A stretch of DNA of 55,529 nt, the filler included, from Basidioascus undulatus (Eukaryota): the NCBI GenBank assembly GCA_000826855.1. It is 3 parts of 3 records of this genome, joined end to end, with 100 filler letters (N's around TTAATTAATTAA, not from the genome) between each part and the next. Parts side by side here need not be neighbours in the genome. Positions count along the whole stretch, not along the records: positions 1 to 18,468 come from JTLS01000462.1; positions 18,569 to 37,009 come from JTLS01000463.1; 1 more part is not named here. One strand, given 5' to 3'. The notes beneath the pieces were generated by a model. The model did not search any database and was not told the origin of the DNA. It saw only the letters and a program-made list of their open reading frames with translations. The position numbers and the translations under genes were made by a program. Each line of letters opens with the position of its first letter. The first letter of the stretch is position 1. Below are positions 12,411 to 25,773 of the stretch, in pieces.

Positions 12411-13649
12411 CTAGTTTTGGAAGCCATGTGGACAAGGTGCGTGACCGAGAACAGCAAATGACATACATGCATAGCGGCCATAATCAAGCGGAGGACCGAC
12501 CATGTTCCCCTTGTACTCCTCCTCTAGCGCCGGAACGATCTGGTCCGTGCACCACCAGAGAAGTTGCGACCCTCTCCCCTCAGCCGTCTGCCAGTACTGT
12601 GCATGCTCCACCGGCACCTCCGCAATGTATGCTATCCGTTTCGCCCAACGGGCGTTCTTGTTTACCTCCTCCTCAGTCTCCATCTCCAGCACGTCCACAT
12701 GATCGTCTGCTCTGCACAGCGGGTACGCCCCGCCGAATTCCCAATCGATCACGCCGAGGACGCGCCGAGGCATGGTGCGAGAGCCAAGGATGTTGCCGGA
12801 CTTGAGGTCGCCGTGGCGGAGGACGATGGGTGCGGACGGGAAGATGTTGGGGGATCTGGCGGCGAGGTTGGCGCGCTTGGCGTGGAGGAGGGCGAGGAAG
12901 CGGTCGGGCGTCAGGTGATCGAGGTCGTCAAACTCTTCCTTGTCTGCGTGTCTTTGTCGAGGTAGGCGAGGGCGTAGGTGCGCGGATTGGGGTACGGGCC
13001 GATGTCGTAAAACGAAGGATCGTGTAGAACGCTCTGCAAAGGAATGAGTGTATGAGCTAACGACAAGCCTTCCTAGGGCACCGACAGAGCTCACCCTCCC
13101 ACAAAATATCTTGCAACCCTCCACAGTCGGCCCCAGCGTCCCGTCCGGCATAATCCCGCCGATCTCTTCGTACTCGCTGAACGACCTCAACCTCCTCAGC
13201 ATCCCCCCCAGCTCCTGCGCCAGGGCCTCCTTCTCCGCCTCGTTCATAGCGCGCCACGCGCCATCCAGACTCTCCCCGTCTATGTACTCCAGCAACACAA
13301 ACTCCTTCCCCGGTTCGGCGCTCCAGGCGTACACCTCGGGCACGGGGATCTGCAGCCGGTCCGCGTGCGCACGGACAAATCTAAGGCAGCCGACCTCATT
13401 TAAGACGCTGTAGCGGGGCAAAATTTCGACGTGGTCGAGAGGGAGGCGGAGCACGCAGCGGAGAGTCAAGGGGGGAGGGAGTGTTGCATGCGAAGATGGG
13501 GTAGCCGGGGAGGCGAGGGTGAGGAGAGAGACAGTGTTGTATCCGCCTGTTGCCAGCGGTGTATGCGAGAGCACGAGCGGGCTGGAGAGAAGCTCGGCAA
13601 GGCTAGAGATCGTAGAGAAGAATGTGACAAAGGTGTTGGGAAGGGTCAT
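12411..13649 (-). CDS. Aminoglycoside phosphotransferase / choline kinase-like (APH family) protein
   Basis: LATGGYNTV, VLNEVGCLRFV, IPVPEVYAW, FVLLEYIDG, HGDLKSGNIL (Brenner motif) and GVIDWEFGG. One likely intron at about 13035-13093. Confidence 0.85.
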   Translation of the reverse strand: MTLPNTFVTFFSTISSLAELLSSPLVLSHTPLATGGYNTVSLLTLASPATPSSHATLPPPLTLRCVLRLPLDHVEILPRYSVLNEVGCLRFVRAHADRLQIPVPEVYAWSAEPGKEFVLLEYIDGESLDGAWRAMNEAEKEALAQELGGMLRRLRSFSEYEEIGGIMPDGTLGPTVEGCKIFCGRVSSVGALGRLVVSSYTHSFAERSTRSFVLRHRPVPQSAHLRPRLPRQRHADKEEFDDLDHLTPDRFLALLHAKRANLAARSPNIFPSAPIVLRHGDLKSGNILGSRTMPRRVLGVIDWEFGGAYPLCRADDHVDVLEMETEEEVNKNARWAKRIAYIAEVPVEHAQYWQTAEGRGSQLLWWCTDQIVPALEEEYKGNMVGPPLDYGRYACMSFAVLGHAPCPHGFQN

Positions 13650-14302
13650 TGCGGCATGGATGTGCTCCAAGAGCGTTGCACAGGTTTTGATGAAGAAGGT
13701 GAGGACGTGAAAGAGATTAGAGAAGGAACAAGAGGGTGGGGCAAGAGTGTAAGCATGCAGGCACAACAAAGGCAAACGGAGGAGAACGGACCGAGGACGG
13801 AGAACGAGTTGACTGACATTAATTTTCTGTAGCTCTTTTCACGCTTCACTTACGTTTCATGGATTTTCCACCTTCTCGGACCTGTATCTTTCCTGTATCC
13901 CTGTTTCTCTCTGCTTCCATAGCTACAAAAGGTCTTCAGCATGCGCTTTCGGGGTCAACTCGTTTGCAAGAGTATTTTCTGCCAGCCAATACTGGTTCAA
14001 CCTCAGCAGCTTTGATAACTCGATACCACACTTCCGTGCCCGGGCAGCAGTGAAGCAGAGCAGCGGCAAGCACGCTCCCATTGTCCGCCTACGACAATAA
14101 CTGTTCTTTGTCCCATCAAAGAACAATGCACAACAGCCTGGCTCATGTATCCACGACTCTCACTTTCATGATATGCCAGTGTACGCCTGCGCAAGTAAAG
14201 CACAATCGAAACTTTTGGCACTTCACCTGATTCTCCCCTCTCCGGCTCACACTCCCCAACACACACACCCGCTCAAAAAGCGCTATGCAAAAGTGAGATG
14301 CA

Positions 14303-17300
14303 TCACCCCGCGGCCTTCAGCGCCTGCTCAACCTCATCCAACATCGAGCCCTTCTCCCGTCCCTCTCCTACAGTCGCGCCCTCCACGACCGCACACACCC
14401 GACCAACAAGCGCACGCATCGCCCGCGCCGCGTGTGCCGGGGTGCACACGAGGCCCTCGCGGAAGGCGAGCAGCGGCGGCTCGGCGGCGGGATCGGGTCG
14501 GATGGGCAGCTTGGCGGTCGAGTCGGATGCGATTTCGGCGATCGTCGACCGCACGAGGTCGGGGAAGTCGTCGATTGTTGAGAGGCGCGTGGGGATGGAG
14601 AGCTCGGATGAGGTAGAGTGCGGGAAGGCGGGGAGGGAGCCGTCGGAGAGGAGGATGCGGGATTGGGCGAGGAGGCGGACGTCGAGCGCATGTCTATTAT
14701 AAGGAGTAGTATCAGTACACTTGCGATCGGGATACGGCGAAGACAAGGCAGACGAGAGAGCGACAGACCTTGAGCCGATCGTAAGCCGAAGCCATGCAGC
14801 CGAGCGAGGGACCGCCTCGACCCGTAAAGTCGATGACGGTGGGTCCTGCTCAAGCGCATCGGCAGCCTGGAGAATCGACAGCGTGTCCGCCAACAGCTGC
14901 ATGCGCGGCCTCCGGGCGTCAGCCACGGCGTTCTTTTCCGACATCCCACAACGATAGCAACGCACATGCAAGAACCGCTCCACAAACCCTTCCCCGCGGT
15001 CATCGCTCGTGTTCAAGCTCTCAGCGAGGTAGTCCGCGATCCACGAATGCGGGTTGTCCGCCTCGCCTGCGCCTGGCTCGGCGGAGTCCGGCTTGCTTTC
15101 CTCCGGTCGGGTTCCGAAGTCCAGCATGTACGACCCGCGCTCGACGTGCCATCGGACCGAAGCGATGTAACGCTGCGCAGTCGAACCACAACAGTCAGCT
15201 CGGCTGCAAGAAATGCATTGAGAGGCGCACACGACGAACCGGATGATACGCGAACGTGACCGTCTGCATGTCGAACGCGACGAGCGCGAGATGCGGGAAG
15301 CGTGGCGAGCGGCGGAGGCGCTCGACTATAGCCCACCAGCCATATCAGCTTCAACACTTTCGCACTCCAGCGTTCTAGCGCGCAACGCACCTTCCCTCGC
15401 GACCACAGCGACCTTCGCGACGCGCGCCCACTGCTCGAGGAAGTCGCCCACGCACGTCTCGACGTCCTCAGACGTGAACGTCAGCACGGACGATGCGGGG
15501 TCGTACGAGACTCTATCAGAGGGGGTGGTCGACGACGCAGACGCAGAGGCAGGGGCATCGGGCGTGGTGGGCGGTTTGGCGCGGAGTTTGACGCTCGTGA
15601 GGACCTAGATGGGTGTCCATCAACGCATCAGCGACAGGAGTTTCCTCCGCTTTCCTGCGATCTCGCCCACCCACCTTGCACTTCCGATCGCCCCACCAGT
15701 CCGTCACGCGCACGGCGACGTGCGGGAGCGCGACGTCGGCGGCCGCCCCGCCGGGGAGGAGGTGCCGCGCCTGGACGGACAGCGCGGGGACGTGCCGCAT
15801 GAGGCGCGAGGACGTCTGCGCTTGCGTCTGCGCGGCCGCACCCGCACCTGCACCGGCGGAGGGGTCGACCTGCGCATACGGGATTCCGCGCGCCTTGAGC
15901 TGCTGCTCAATCTTGAGGTACGATACGCGGGCGCTGCGATCCCATCCCATCCCCTATCAGCTACACCGCCTAGATTTTCTTACACGATGAGAAAAAGAGC
16001 GCGAGACGCACATGCAATAAGCATACAGCGCCCTCAGCTCCTGCACGTCCAGCGCGAGGCCATCCCTCTCCGCGGCGGCTCCAGCGGGGGCGCCGCAGAT
16101 GCGCTCGCGGTCGAGCCAGCCGATCTGGTCGATCGCGTACTCGTTCTGGATGGCGCGCGTGGCGATGAGCGCGAACGCGATAGACACGTCCGACATGATG
16201 AACACCAGGTGGTGGTTCGCGTGCCCTGCCAGCGAGATGAAGAGGAAGTAGCGCGCGGCGGTGCCGAACTTGGAGAGCTCTGTCACCGCGTGGTCGGTGG
16301 AGTTAGGAGGTGTGGTTGTTGCTTCGGTGTGGGGGAAGCCAGAAGGTGACGACTGACCTTGTTTGCTGATGTTCCGCCGCCGATGCGTCTCGAGCCCGAG
16401 ATAAATAGCCTTCTGCTCGACAGCGTCCATCGCACTCTGTCCGCCAGCCGCGCCCTCATCAGCCCACCCCCTCACCGCACCCCCTTCCTCCCCCTCCTCA
16501 TCCTCAACTACTCACCGAGTGCCGCAACCGCACCAGTAAATCCACCAGCAGTTCCCCCCTCTGCCTCCCACCCCCATGGACATTGATCTTCTCCAGCAGC
16601 TCCCGCGCGCGCACGGGCGCCGTCCCGTCCGCCGTGTCGCGCAGGACGAGCTTCCCCGTCCGCGGCGCGACGGACACGCGGAGGACGTGCGTGTCGTACA
16701 GGCGGACGTCGAGCGTCGTGGGCGATGCGGGAACGGAGTCGGGGGGGACGGAGAGGGAGACGGAGGAGGGCGGGAAGGCAGAGCGAGGGGAGGTCAGTTG
16801 GGAATGGTACAGCTGCAGGAGCGCCGAGGCGTGCAGGTTCAGCGCGTGCAGGAGCAGCCGCTCGAGCGAGAGGGAGGAGGGGTCCTGGGCGCCCTCTTCC
16901 TATCAGCTGCCATTCTCTCACCCACTCCGAACCGGCAGTGAAACTGACCACCCGAACGACCCCATCAGGCACCTCCACCCCGTCCTCCCTGACCCATTCC
17001 ACGCCCAACTTCATCAACTGCACCGCATCCCCCAGATCCCCCTCGCCCTTGCTCCCCTCCTCGACCTCCTGCAGCACGCGCTCGAGCGGCGGGCGCTCGT
17101 CGTCGCGCACGGGGACGAGCGCGATCGTCAGCGCGCCACCTTGGACAAGCTGCGGCGGCGGAGGTGCCTGGCCTGGGCGCGGGGCGAGGGAGGGGCGGGT
17201 GCGTCTGGGGGAGGGAGTTGAGTTGAGGGAGAGAGAGAGGGAGGGAGGGACGAACAGCCAGTACGCGAGTGACAGCGTCTGTCGGTCGGGCGAGAGCGTA

Positions 17301-18468
17301 AAGTTCAGGGAGCCTGACCACGTCGAGGCGCGCAGCCTGGTCGCTTGTGTCTGCGCCTCCATTCCAATCAGCTTTCTCATCACACCGCTCTCCCGCCTCT
17401 GAAACGCACATGCAGTATCTCAAGCTGATAGCTGAGCGCAAGGTTTTCTAAAAAGCAGCGCGTCAGCTGTCCCTGCCCTGACTCTGGCAAGCTGGTATCC
17501 GCGCACGCAGGAAGTTGTACACCCTCGCGAGGGGCGCGTCGCGCTTGCCTGAGGCGGGCGGCATGCACGCGGCGAGCTCCGCGTTGCCGAGGTCGAGGAT
17601 CTCCTGTCGGGCGGTCAAGGTCGGGTTGCGGGTGTACTCTGATCACCTGCGCTGTCAGCCAGCGAGAAGAGAGATGCAAGATGGAGAGAGGGCGCACCCT
17701 CTTTCCCATCTGTTTGGATAAGAAACTCTACGGAGAGGAGGAACCAGATCGCGTCTTCCTTCCGCCCTGAAAGCGTGAGCGAGCACTCAAACAGGCCGGG
17801 GACGGTAAAGTACACGCGGCCGTCGGCTGCCAGGTTCCGTGTCAGAGAGGGTGGTGAGAAAGGAAAGGGGAGAGGAGAGGACGCACAGACCCGCCAAGGG
17901 ACGGCGCGCATGGGAGCGGGGACGACCTCGCGCGTGCGTAGGCGGTAGCGGATGATGTCGTCGAGGTCGGCAAGGGTGGAGACCACTTGGAGCACGGGGA
18001 TGGGCGAGGGAGGGACAAATGTTTTCTGGGGTTGCGCCTAGGGTGAGCGAAAGAAGATGGAGGATGGTGGGGAGGCAGGAGACGCACTGTGAGCTGCGAT
18101 GGAAGGCCGCTGTACGTCCCCGTCTGGAGGACCTCGAGTGCAGTCAAGATGTCCGAGTTGCATACTCTGTTCCGTCCCCCCAACCACTACATCAGCCTCA
18201 CGCCCTCCTCCATCCACGCCCACACGCACCTCGCCTGCCCCAGCCCCGCCCCGACCGCCTGGAGCCCCTCAAGCGCGCTCTGCAGCCGCGCAGTCTGGAG
18301 CTGCAAGAACGCGTTGACGCCGTGGGCGGTCGCGATGGTCTGCGCGCCGCCTGTGGGTGCGTGGGCCCACTTGGAGAGCGCGAGGAGCTTGAGGACCTGG
18401 CTGCGGGTGTTGAGCGCGTAGGTCGCTATTGCTGGGGCGCGCTCGGCGGGGGGAAGGGAGGGGAGACT
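14303..18468 (-). CDS. MED14: Mediator complex subunit Med14 (Rgr1), 5' end lost in scaffold gap
   Basis: DILTALEVLQTGTYSGLP, LDDIIRYRL and ADGRVYFTVPGLFECSLTL...WFLLSVEFL match the Med14 N-terminal domain. A long spliced ORF runs to the stop at 14303. Confidence 0.8.
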
Positions 18469-18568
18469 NNNNNNNNNNNNNNNNNNNNNNNNNNNNNNNN
18501 NNNNNNNNNNNNTTAATTAATTAANNNNNNNNNNNNNNNNNNNNNNNNNNNNNNNNNNNNNNNNNNNN
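18469..18568. other. Artificial contig linker (N run with six-frame stop TTAATTAATTAA)
   Basis: 44 N + TTAATTAATTAA + 44 N. Confidence 0.98.
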
Positions 18569-20032
18569 CACCAAGGCTACCCCGCTCGCGCTCCTCCGCT
18601 CGACTGCGCGGCGTGCGTTCACCACCGATCAGACGCCGATCCTCGCACGTCCGCCGCCGGAGAAGCGCTGGGCCCAGTTTGGGGCCTCCGCGGCGGTAGT
18701 TGTTGGGACTGCCGTGGCGGTCCACATGTTCTTTAACCGAGAAAGTGAGTTCTTCCGTTATTTGATTGTTGTACTAGATTGTGGGTCTGACGGGATTGTT
18801 GTGCCGCAGCGAGGGAGGGTGGTATGCGCCCGATTGAGAGGGAGTACCTGCACTCAACGTTCAAGTGCGCACATTTCTGTCTAAAGACCAGTTTGCACCA
18901 ATGATCATTTACGGAACTTCGCGAGCAGATACCTTGGTGCCGGCCTGGCGATCGTCGCTGGGTCGGCTGTGGCATTGCACCGCAGCGGCTGGTCTGTCCG
19001 ACTCATGACCATGGTGAGCAGCGTCGCCCATCTTCTGCTCCTGCTCCATTCTAACTTTGTTCTGCGCCCAGAACCCGTGGCTCGTGATGGGAGTGTCCCT
19101 CGTTGGCTCTATCGGCTCGATGTACGGTGTCTTCTCGACTCCGCCCGAGAAGCAGGGTCAGAAGCGTGCGTCAAGAGTTCTGTTTCCCTGATCTTCCACA
19201 CCCGGTCTAACACACCTTGGAGTTTCAGTCTTCTGGTGGACCGCGTAAGCGTTGGTTCCGTTTCCCAACATTGCTGGGTACGAACTGATCAACACTCCGA
19301 TGTAGGTTTAACTTGATGCAGGCTGGTGTTCTGTCGCCTTTACTCTTCTTTAACCCCGCGATTCTCGCTCGCGCGGGTCTCTACACGGCCGGGTTGATGG
19401 GATCGATCTGCTACGTTGGTGCGACTGCTAAGAACGACAAGGTATGTTGCCCTTTCACCTTGTCGCCCTTTCCGGCCCGTCCAAGGGTTCAATTCACTGA
19501 CTCTAGCGTTCTTCTCACTTCACAGTACCTCTGGCTCGGTGCTCCCCTCCTCGGCGGCGTGACCGTCGTTGCGCTCTCCGGCCTCGCGCCGATGGTTCTT
19601 CCTCTCGGCGTGCGGGGTCTGGCGATCGCCGAGAGCATCAGCCTCTACGGTGGTCTGGCAGTCTTCACCGGTTTCACTCTTTGGGACACGCAGAAGATCG
19701 TGCGTTTCGTCTTGCACCATTTCCTTCGGCTTCCCCGCTAACGCACGCACGCACGTTCAGCTTCACCACGCCCGTATGGTCGAGCAAGGACAGATGAAGC
19801 CTGACCCGATTGCGGAGTCCATCAGGTCAGTCTCTCAGCTCGTCCGACTGCCCTTCGTCCAGGTCGCTGACTCGCTCTCGCTTTCGCGATCAGCCTGGAG
19901 CTGGACTTCATCAGTGCGTCCCCGCTTGCGCCCAGCGCGAGTCTGCTCCTGAAACTGATGGTCATTTCTTTTTCAGACATCTTTGTCCGCCTCGTGCAAA
20001 TCCTCACGAACCAGCAGCAGCGCAAGCGGTAG
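18569..20032 (+). CDS. Bax inhibitor-1 family mitochondrial protein (GHITM/MICS1-like), 5' end in gap
   Basis: EREYLHSTFKYLGAGL, PAILARAGLYTAGLMGSICYVGATAK, YLWLGAPLLGG, SLYGGLAVFTGFTLWDTQKI and DPIAESISLELDFINIFVRLVQIL. Stop at 20030-20032. Confidence 0.88.
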
Positions 20033-20549
20033 AGGCCGCCCTTATGGACTAGACGCCTTCACTTGTTGTGTGAAATCAGCCTTTATTGGGCCTCTATGTT
20101 GTCTCTCCTGAGATGAAATTTGATACATCCGCTGTGACAGCTGGTGGCGGCCATCCGTGGCGAACATCGGTTGGCTCGTGACGGTTGCAAGTCTCATTCG
20201 TGTCATTGCATTCTGAGGGAGGGAGACAATCTTTTGCTTGCCCGAAAGAAGACATGAGCGGCTCCGGCGCACATCTGCATTCTCGGCTTGCCCGAGCGTG
20301 TCCACCGCAAATCACTGCAATCGGCAAGCAGCTGTTCGCACGTTCATGATCGAGCACAAGGGCGTGCCCACTGCGGTTCAGAAAATTTTAAACATGTCTG
20401 AGTGCGGTATCGTGCAGAATACCGAGTCACCATGACAGTCAAGGAGGTGGATGCGGGTATGATCGTCCCTGACGTCTTCTACTCAAGTGCACACCGCCAG
20501 TCCTCCCGTGTGATGCCGCTATTTTCACCCACTTCGACTAAAGCAAATA

Positions 20550-22723
20550 TATAACATCCGCAAGCCTGCCCAGTCCCCCCATCATGCCACGCCCGACGGA
20601 TCGTGGTACGAGTTCCAGAAGCCGTAGCACCCCTTGTCGATGTCCGCTGCGGACTCCTGCTGAGCTCAGTTGTCGGGTGCGTAGTTCCCGTCGAACGCGA
20701 GCTTCGCGATCGACTGCGTTGAAGGGTCGTAGGTGCTCGCCCACGGCGCAGAGGTCCGGTCCTTGGCGAAGTTCGCCCACGTTGCTTGTAGCGCTGCGGA
20801 GAGCGTGCGCCGCCAGACGGAGAGCGTGCGCCGCCAGACGGAGAGCGTGCGCCGCCAGACGGAGAGCGTGCGCCGCCAGACGAGGTCGTGGCGGTAATGT
20901 AGGTGCGGAAGACTGGATAAGATGTACGTCAGGACCTGTGCGGAATTTTCAGAGCGAGAACTGCCGAAGATGCCTTACCGAGAGGAACCTCCGAAGCGTG
21001 AGCCCCGGCGAACGGCTGCGACTCGCTGAAGACGGCGCCGTAGTCGTAGCGATAGACGGGCTCCTTCAGATACGTGGAGCGCAGCCCAGCATTGATAGAA
21101 AGAGGACTGCACGGCCCATGCCGAAAGGAACTGTTAAACATAGCTGCCACTATGTCAAAACTCAGTAGCCCACCATCGGATGCGAGCGTCGGTAGCGACA
21201 GTGACGAGGAGCTCGCTGATGGTGAGGTTAGCCGGGTACGCAGCCCTCACTGCAGCGGGTAGTTTGCGGTAAGGTAGGACTGGAGAGAGGGATAGCCCAG
21301 GGAGAAGAACTAGCTATCGTCTTTGGTCGTCCAAAGGATCGTAGGCACGTCCGTCACGGTGCCGAACTTGATTGCGCTGTAGGCGTTCGTGACGACAAAG
21401 TCACTGCTCATATAGCATTGTCAGAGAACGTTAAACCCTCTCTGTAGAAGTGAAACCGCGTACTCGTCAACGATGGGGAACGGGATAACAGTGACGTTCT
21501 TCTCCGCCTCCAAGACCCGACCGTCTTGCTGCGAGCGCACTGCAGCTGCACGTCGCCCGTCAAGGCGCGCATCCGAGAGCCGCCACAAGCTGCGTCCAGC
21601 TGTTTCCCAGCGGCGCAAGAACGTTTCAGCACTAAGAAACATGCGGCAGTGGCTCGATGACTTACGTGTCAATCGAGCCCTTGACCGTCTCCGACACACC
21701 GCCCGATTGCGGGATCGCCGCATTAAGCTTGTAAGGCAGGCGCGAAGGGTCCCGGTCGAGGTGGAGCTGCGCCGATTGGGCGCCTGCGCTCTGACCGAAG
21801 AGCGTAATGCGCGAGGGATCGCCGCCCTCTAAGGATGAGTGTAAGTCAGAGAGAAGGACGACTCGGAATTTCCGAGCAAGTACGTTACGCACAAACGCAA
21901 ACGCATTTTTGTACACCCATTGCAGAGCGAGGTCTGAGAATGAATGAGATAAGCACACAGCAGCAGACAAAGATGTCGGGAGCAAGTATCTCACCTTGGT
22001 CGCGGAGGCCGAGGTTCTGCTGCTGAAGCATTGGGCTCTTCGGAAATCCGAAAACGTTCGCGCGGTAACCGATGGCAACGACAACGACGTCGTGGTTCTG
22101 AGGGGGTAGACCAAGATTAGTCAAAGCTAAGCATGAAAAGACGCTGACTGGACAGCGTGATACCTCGGCGAAGCTTTGGCCGCTATAAGAAGGAGCACGG
22201 GCGCAGCCGAGCTGCAAAGCGCTACGAGTGCATTAATTTCTCGTCAGACACTGAGGGGTGTCAAGTAGAACGACACGACATAGCCTCCGTAAAGCCATAC
22301 CATGGATCGACCTTAGAGTGAGAAACCCTTTCTCTTTGGTGCCCAGATGTTCAAGTAAAGGCCTGTGGGGAACGTCAGCTCTACAATCGAGTGCAATAAC
22401 CGAGGCCAGCCGAGAACACCCACAATCCTCGTCCTCAGGGGAGTTGCCCGCGTTGCACAGCTTCTTAGCTGTGGCAGAGGAGAACTATTGTGGACAGGCG
22501 GGCTTGAAGGCGGTTGCATTGATGGGCGTCAGGGAGAAAATGGAGGACACGGGGGCGGCCGAGCGGAGGTCGCCGACCTGGGCAGAGGTAATGGCGATTC
22601 AGCCTACAAACTAGAAGATATAAGGGAAGGAATAGAACCCACGGGAGGCTGGGCGTAAGGAACACCCTTGTACACCTGCACATCGTTCTACACATCGCCA
22701 ACAAGGACACCCGTGCTGGTAAC
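20550..22723 (-). pseudogene. Type-B carboxylesterase/lipase family gene with in-frame stops
   Basis: EDEDC..LYLNIWAP, MVWLYGG, VVVAIGYRANVFGFP, NLGLRDQ, GGDPSRITLFGQSAG, GAHASEVP and WANFAKD. In-frame TAG after CPQ (~22486) and TAA before GRSMVWLYGG (~22313). Confidence 0.8.
20797..20882. repeat. Perfect 21-bp tandem repeat, 4 copies
   Basis: (cggagagcgtgcgccgccaga)x4. Confidence 0.97.
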
Positions 22724-23976
22724 ATTCTTGTTCAGCGCTCAGTTCGCTGGACCAGCAGACGATGCCAGGACATTTACGTAGTGAGAGTGTACGCCTTGTC
22801 GCCGATGCTAGCGCATGGACCCACCGAGAGCCGTTAAGGCGGGAATGATGGTGACGCTAATGCGCATTCGTGTTGATACGGCTAAGGGGGAGGCGAAGGA
22901 GGGAGGAGGGAACCACGCACTTCGAAGAAGGGGAGGTGGTCTCCGGATCCAGTCAACTCAGGACCCAAGATCTGAGCACCGTCACTGGCGCCGGCATAGG
23001 GGCTGCCGTCGCGTGCGAGGCGGGTCGACGGTACCTATGCCTGCTTGGAAGTTTGTCTGCATCCACCCCCGGCCGACTCCGTGATCAATAAGGTTGCCTG
23101 GCGATCTCACCTGTTTCCCCCATAACATTGCGAGTGGCTCTTTCCCTCTCTTTTCATCAGGAAAGGCGGCTCTAGGATGCATGTATATGGGCATTTCAAA
23201 GCGGCCGAAAATATATACGATAGTCCAGCCGATGGAAACTTGTTCGCAGTTCACGTTCTTCGCTGATTACATTTTGACCGTCGTCGGCCCGTCACTGTGT
23301 CTTGTGGGGAGATAATGTCCAACCGATGTTCGAACCTTGATCAACGGTGACAAAATTTATCAGCATCAGATCTTTCAAAGAACGACACCAAAGGACGACC
23401 AGGCACAGACGACGCCCAAGACCACTGTCCCGGCGTCCACAGTGGGTGGTGGGCCCTTGGCGGCTGCATTGGGCTGCAGGAACCCGTCGAGCGCCTCCCA
23501 ACCAGAACATCACCTCCGTGCAAGCACATCCAACTCCAGACTAAGCCTTCCCTGCCAACCGAATTTTTTATGTTCTCTTCGAAGTAACCAAAGAAGGGGC
23601 TCAGGCACGAGAGAGGCCGACGGTGCGAACGTTCGTGGATACGTAGCAATGTCGGCCGCCTCGACAGACAAGCTCCGTTGCACATTCGAGCTCTGCCAAG
23701 TGTTCTTCATGCGCTAGTAAGGTTAAGGACAGCCCGTAATTTCCCCTCAAATAATATCAACCGGATATAAAGTTGATCACCGCGTGGCCATCGAAGTAGA
23801 TCGTGGCGATCTTCGGGATCTCACCAAGCCAGATATTAGCCAGCCACGTACCGCAAGCCGACACCACTGCTCAGCAATGTTATGGCCAATTCTTCGAGAG
23901 GCCAGACGTGCTCCTCTCCCTGTTCAGTCTGCTCTCCTGCTCACGACAACCCACGCTCCTTTCTACCGTTTCCCCG

Positions 23977-25644
23977 ATGGCGACTCCACCGAACCCAAAA
24001 TTAATAGACTACCTCGAACGCAACACCGGCCCTTTGCTCGTCGGGGCCTTCCTCAACACCACTTTTTTACAGGTCTCTACTTTCTGGTGTGGCTCGCTTT
24101 GGGAGTGGTCAGTAGTACACCAACGAGGATGCTTCCAGGTGGGGCGCCTGCTGACCGCATCACATCGCAGATTATCCCTGGAATTATCGGTTGAAGCAAT
24201 GCTGTTGTTCATGGTCGTAGCAGCGACGTATGTCTGCGACGCTTTCTCTCATATAGAGGATTGCTTAGGTGGGAAACGGAAATGGCTCTCGAGGGTGCGG
24301 AGATCGCTATGATCTGGTCAGTAGGTGTACGACGAGGTAATAACGGATTTATCTACACATCCCATTTAGGACTTGAAACGCCGTTCTTTTCAGGGAGCCT
24401 CAACTCTTCTGCCACGAACACGGCAATCATCCTGGGAACCGTGCTGATAGGGCTGTTCACAAGTGGGCCACCTGACGAGCCTGGTCTGAAGCAACTAGTT
24501 GACGCCTTGCTGTCTCTAGCCCGTCTATGTGTTCCGGTGCCGGAAAGTTCTCTAGCGCAGTCTTGCTGTGGGGATTCTCTTGGTCACGGCCGTCCTAATG
24601 CTTTGCCGCGAGTCATTGTTGCGTTCTTGCGCCTCCCGTCGCTAATCCCGGCTCTCTGCACCATAAGAGTTCCGGATCGCTACGGCTATGATTGGACTGG
24701 CTCCTTCGTATGTGCGTTGCTCTTAAGACAGTTTCCCTTTACCCGCGAGTGATTCCAGTGCTGAAGTCTCACGTTGCTTAGTTGCCTTGGAGCGACGACC
24801 TACGTACTTCTGGACGACTATTACCTCATATTCGATCATGCTCGGTAGGCGGTTATTTCGAGGTGGTTCCATTTGAGTGGCATTCCTGATAAGGGGTTCC
24901 ACGGTTGACACAGCTGTCGACGCAATCTTGACCGACATTATGGTGTACCACCTGGCCCGGAGCCGTACGGGGTTTGCCAAGACTGTGAGTCGAAGGTGCC
25001 AGGTACTCCTTGCTATACATTTACTAAAAAATATCAACAGGACTCGGTCATCGGTGCTTTGATTTTGCTCACGGGGACTTGCGCTGGCCTCGTAACGTTC
25101 GCTGCTCTTCTGCGTCTGATCCTGTTTCTGTGAGTGTCTGCGCAACATCGCTCCCGCCTTCATCTCGCTAAACTCTCTATATAGCTAGCTCCGATGTGAC
25201 ACCACAACGCAGTCTATTCTGTAGTTGGCATGATTCCGAGTACACTGTACCCGTGAATGGTGGTGTGGTCAACCGCAACCGGCGGAGCCCTTTACCGTCT
25301 ATGACTATCAGACGAGCGGACTTCCGCGGTATGATGAACTCTCAAGACTCGTCGTTCTCAGGGAGTGCTAAGCAGCGCAGCCGTAGCCGCTCGCAGGGCA
25401 TCCTCTCCAGCAGCAAAGTCCGTCGTTTCGCTCCCAGTATGGGGCTCGCTCTTTGCAGCGCCAAGGGCTGACATCATACTTCGTATTTTACAGCATGACG
25501 TCTCAGCAACTGCCCATGGGTGTCCTCGCCAAGATACATCAGGAAACTCTGCACGACATTTCGGAGGCAAACGACAGCGTACCGAGCTTCTCCAGCGTGT
25601 CCCCCTTCGCCGTACGCTCTACCTTCATGATAACAAGGATGTAG
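23977..25644 (+). CDS. DUF6534-like fungal multi-TM membrane protein (possibly degenerate)
   Basis: GPLLVGAFLN near the N-terminus, hydrophobic exons, and AVDAILTDIMVYHLARSRTGFAKT typical of this basidiomycete family. 3' end uncertain. Confidence 0.6.
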
Positions 25645-25773
25645 AAATATGCTTATATGACAGAAAACTCAGGGCGACACGAAGCGCGAGAAGGATGACG
25701 ACAGCGTCGAACTTATGTATCCGGTGGGATTGCAGCTCTAACACGCAACTGACACTTACAGCCTTGCTACAAA

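Noticed and set aside
12411..13649. Horizontally acquired antibiotic-resistance kinase
   Set aside because: APH-like proteins are a widespread expanded fungal family, and this gene appears to contain an intron.
20797..20882. CRISPR-like repeat array
   Set aside because: The units are contiguous with no spacers, the context is eukaryotic, and there are no cas genes.
22300..22610. Alternative genetic code or readthrough explaining carboxylesterase stops
   Set aside because: The stops are of different types, and intact neighbouring genes use the standard code.
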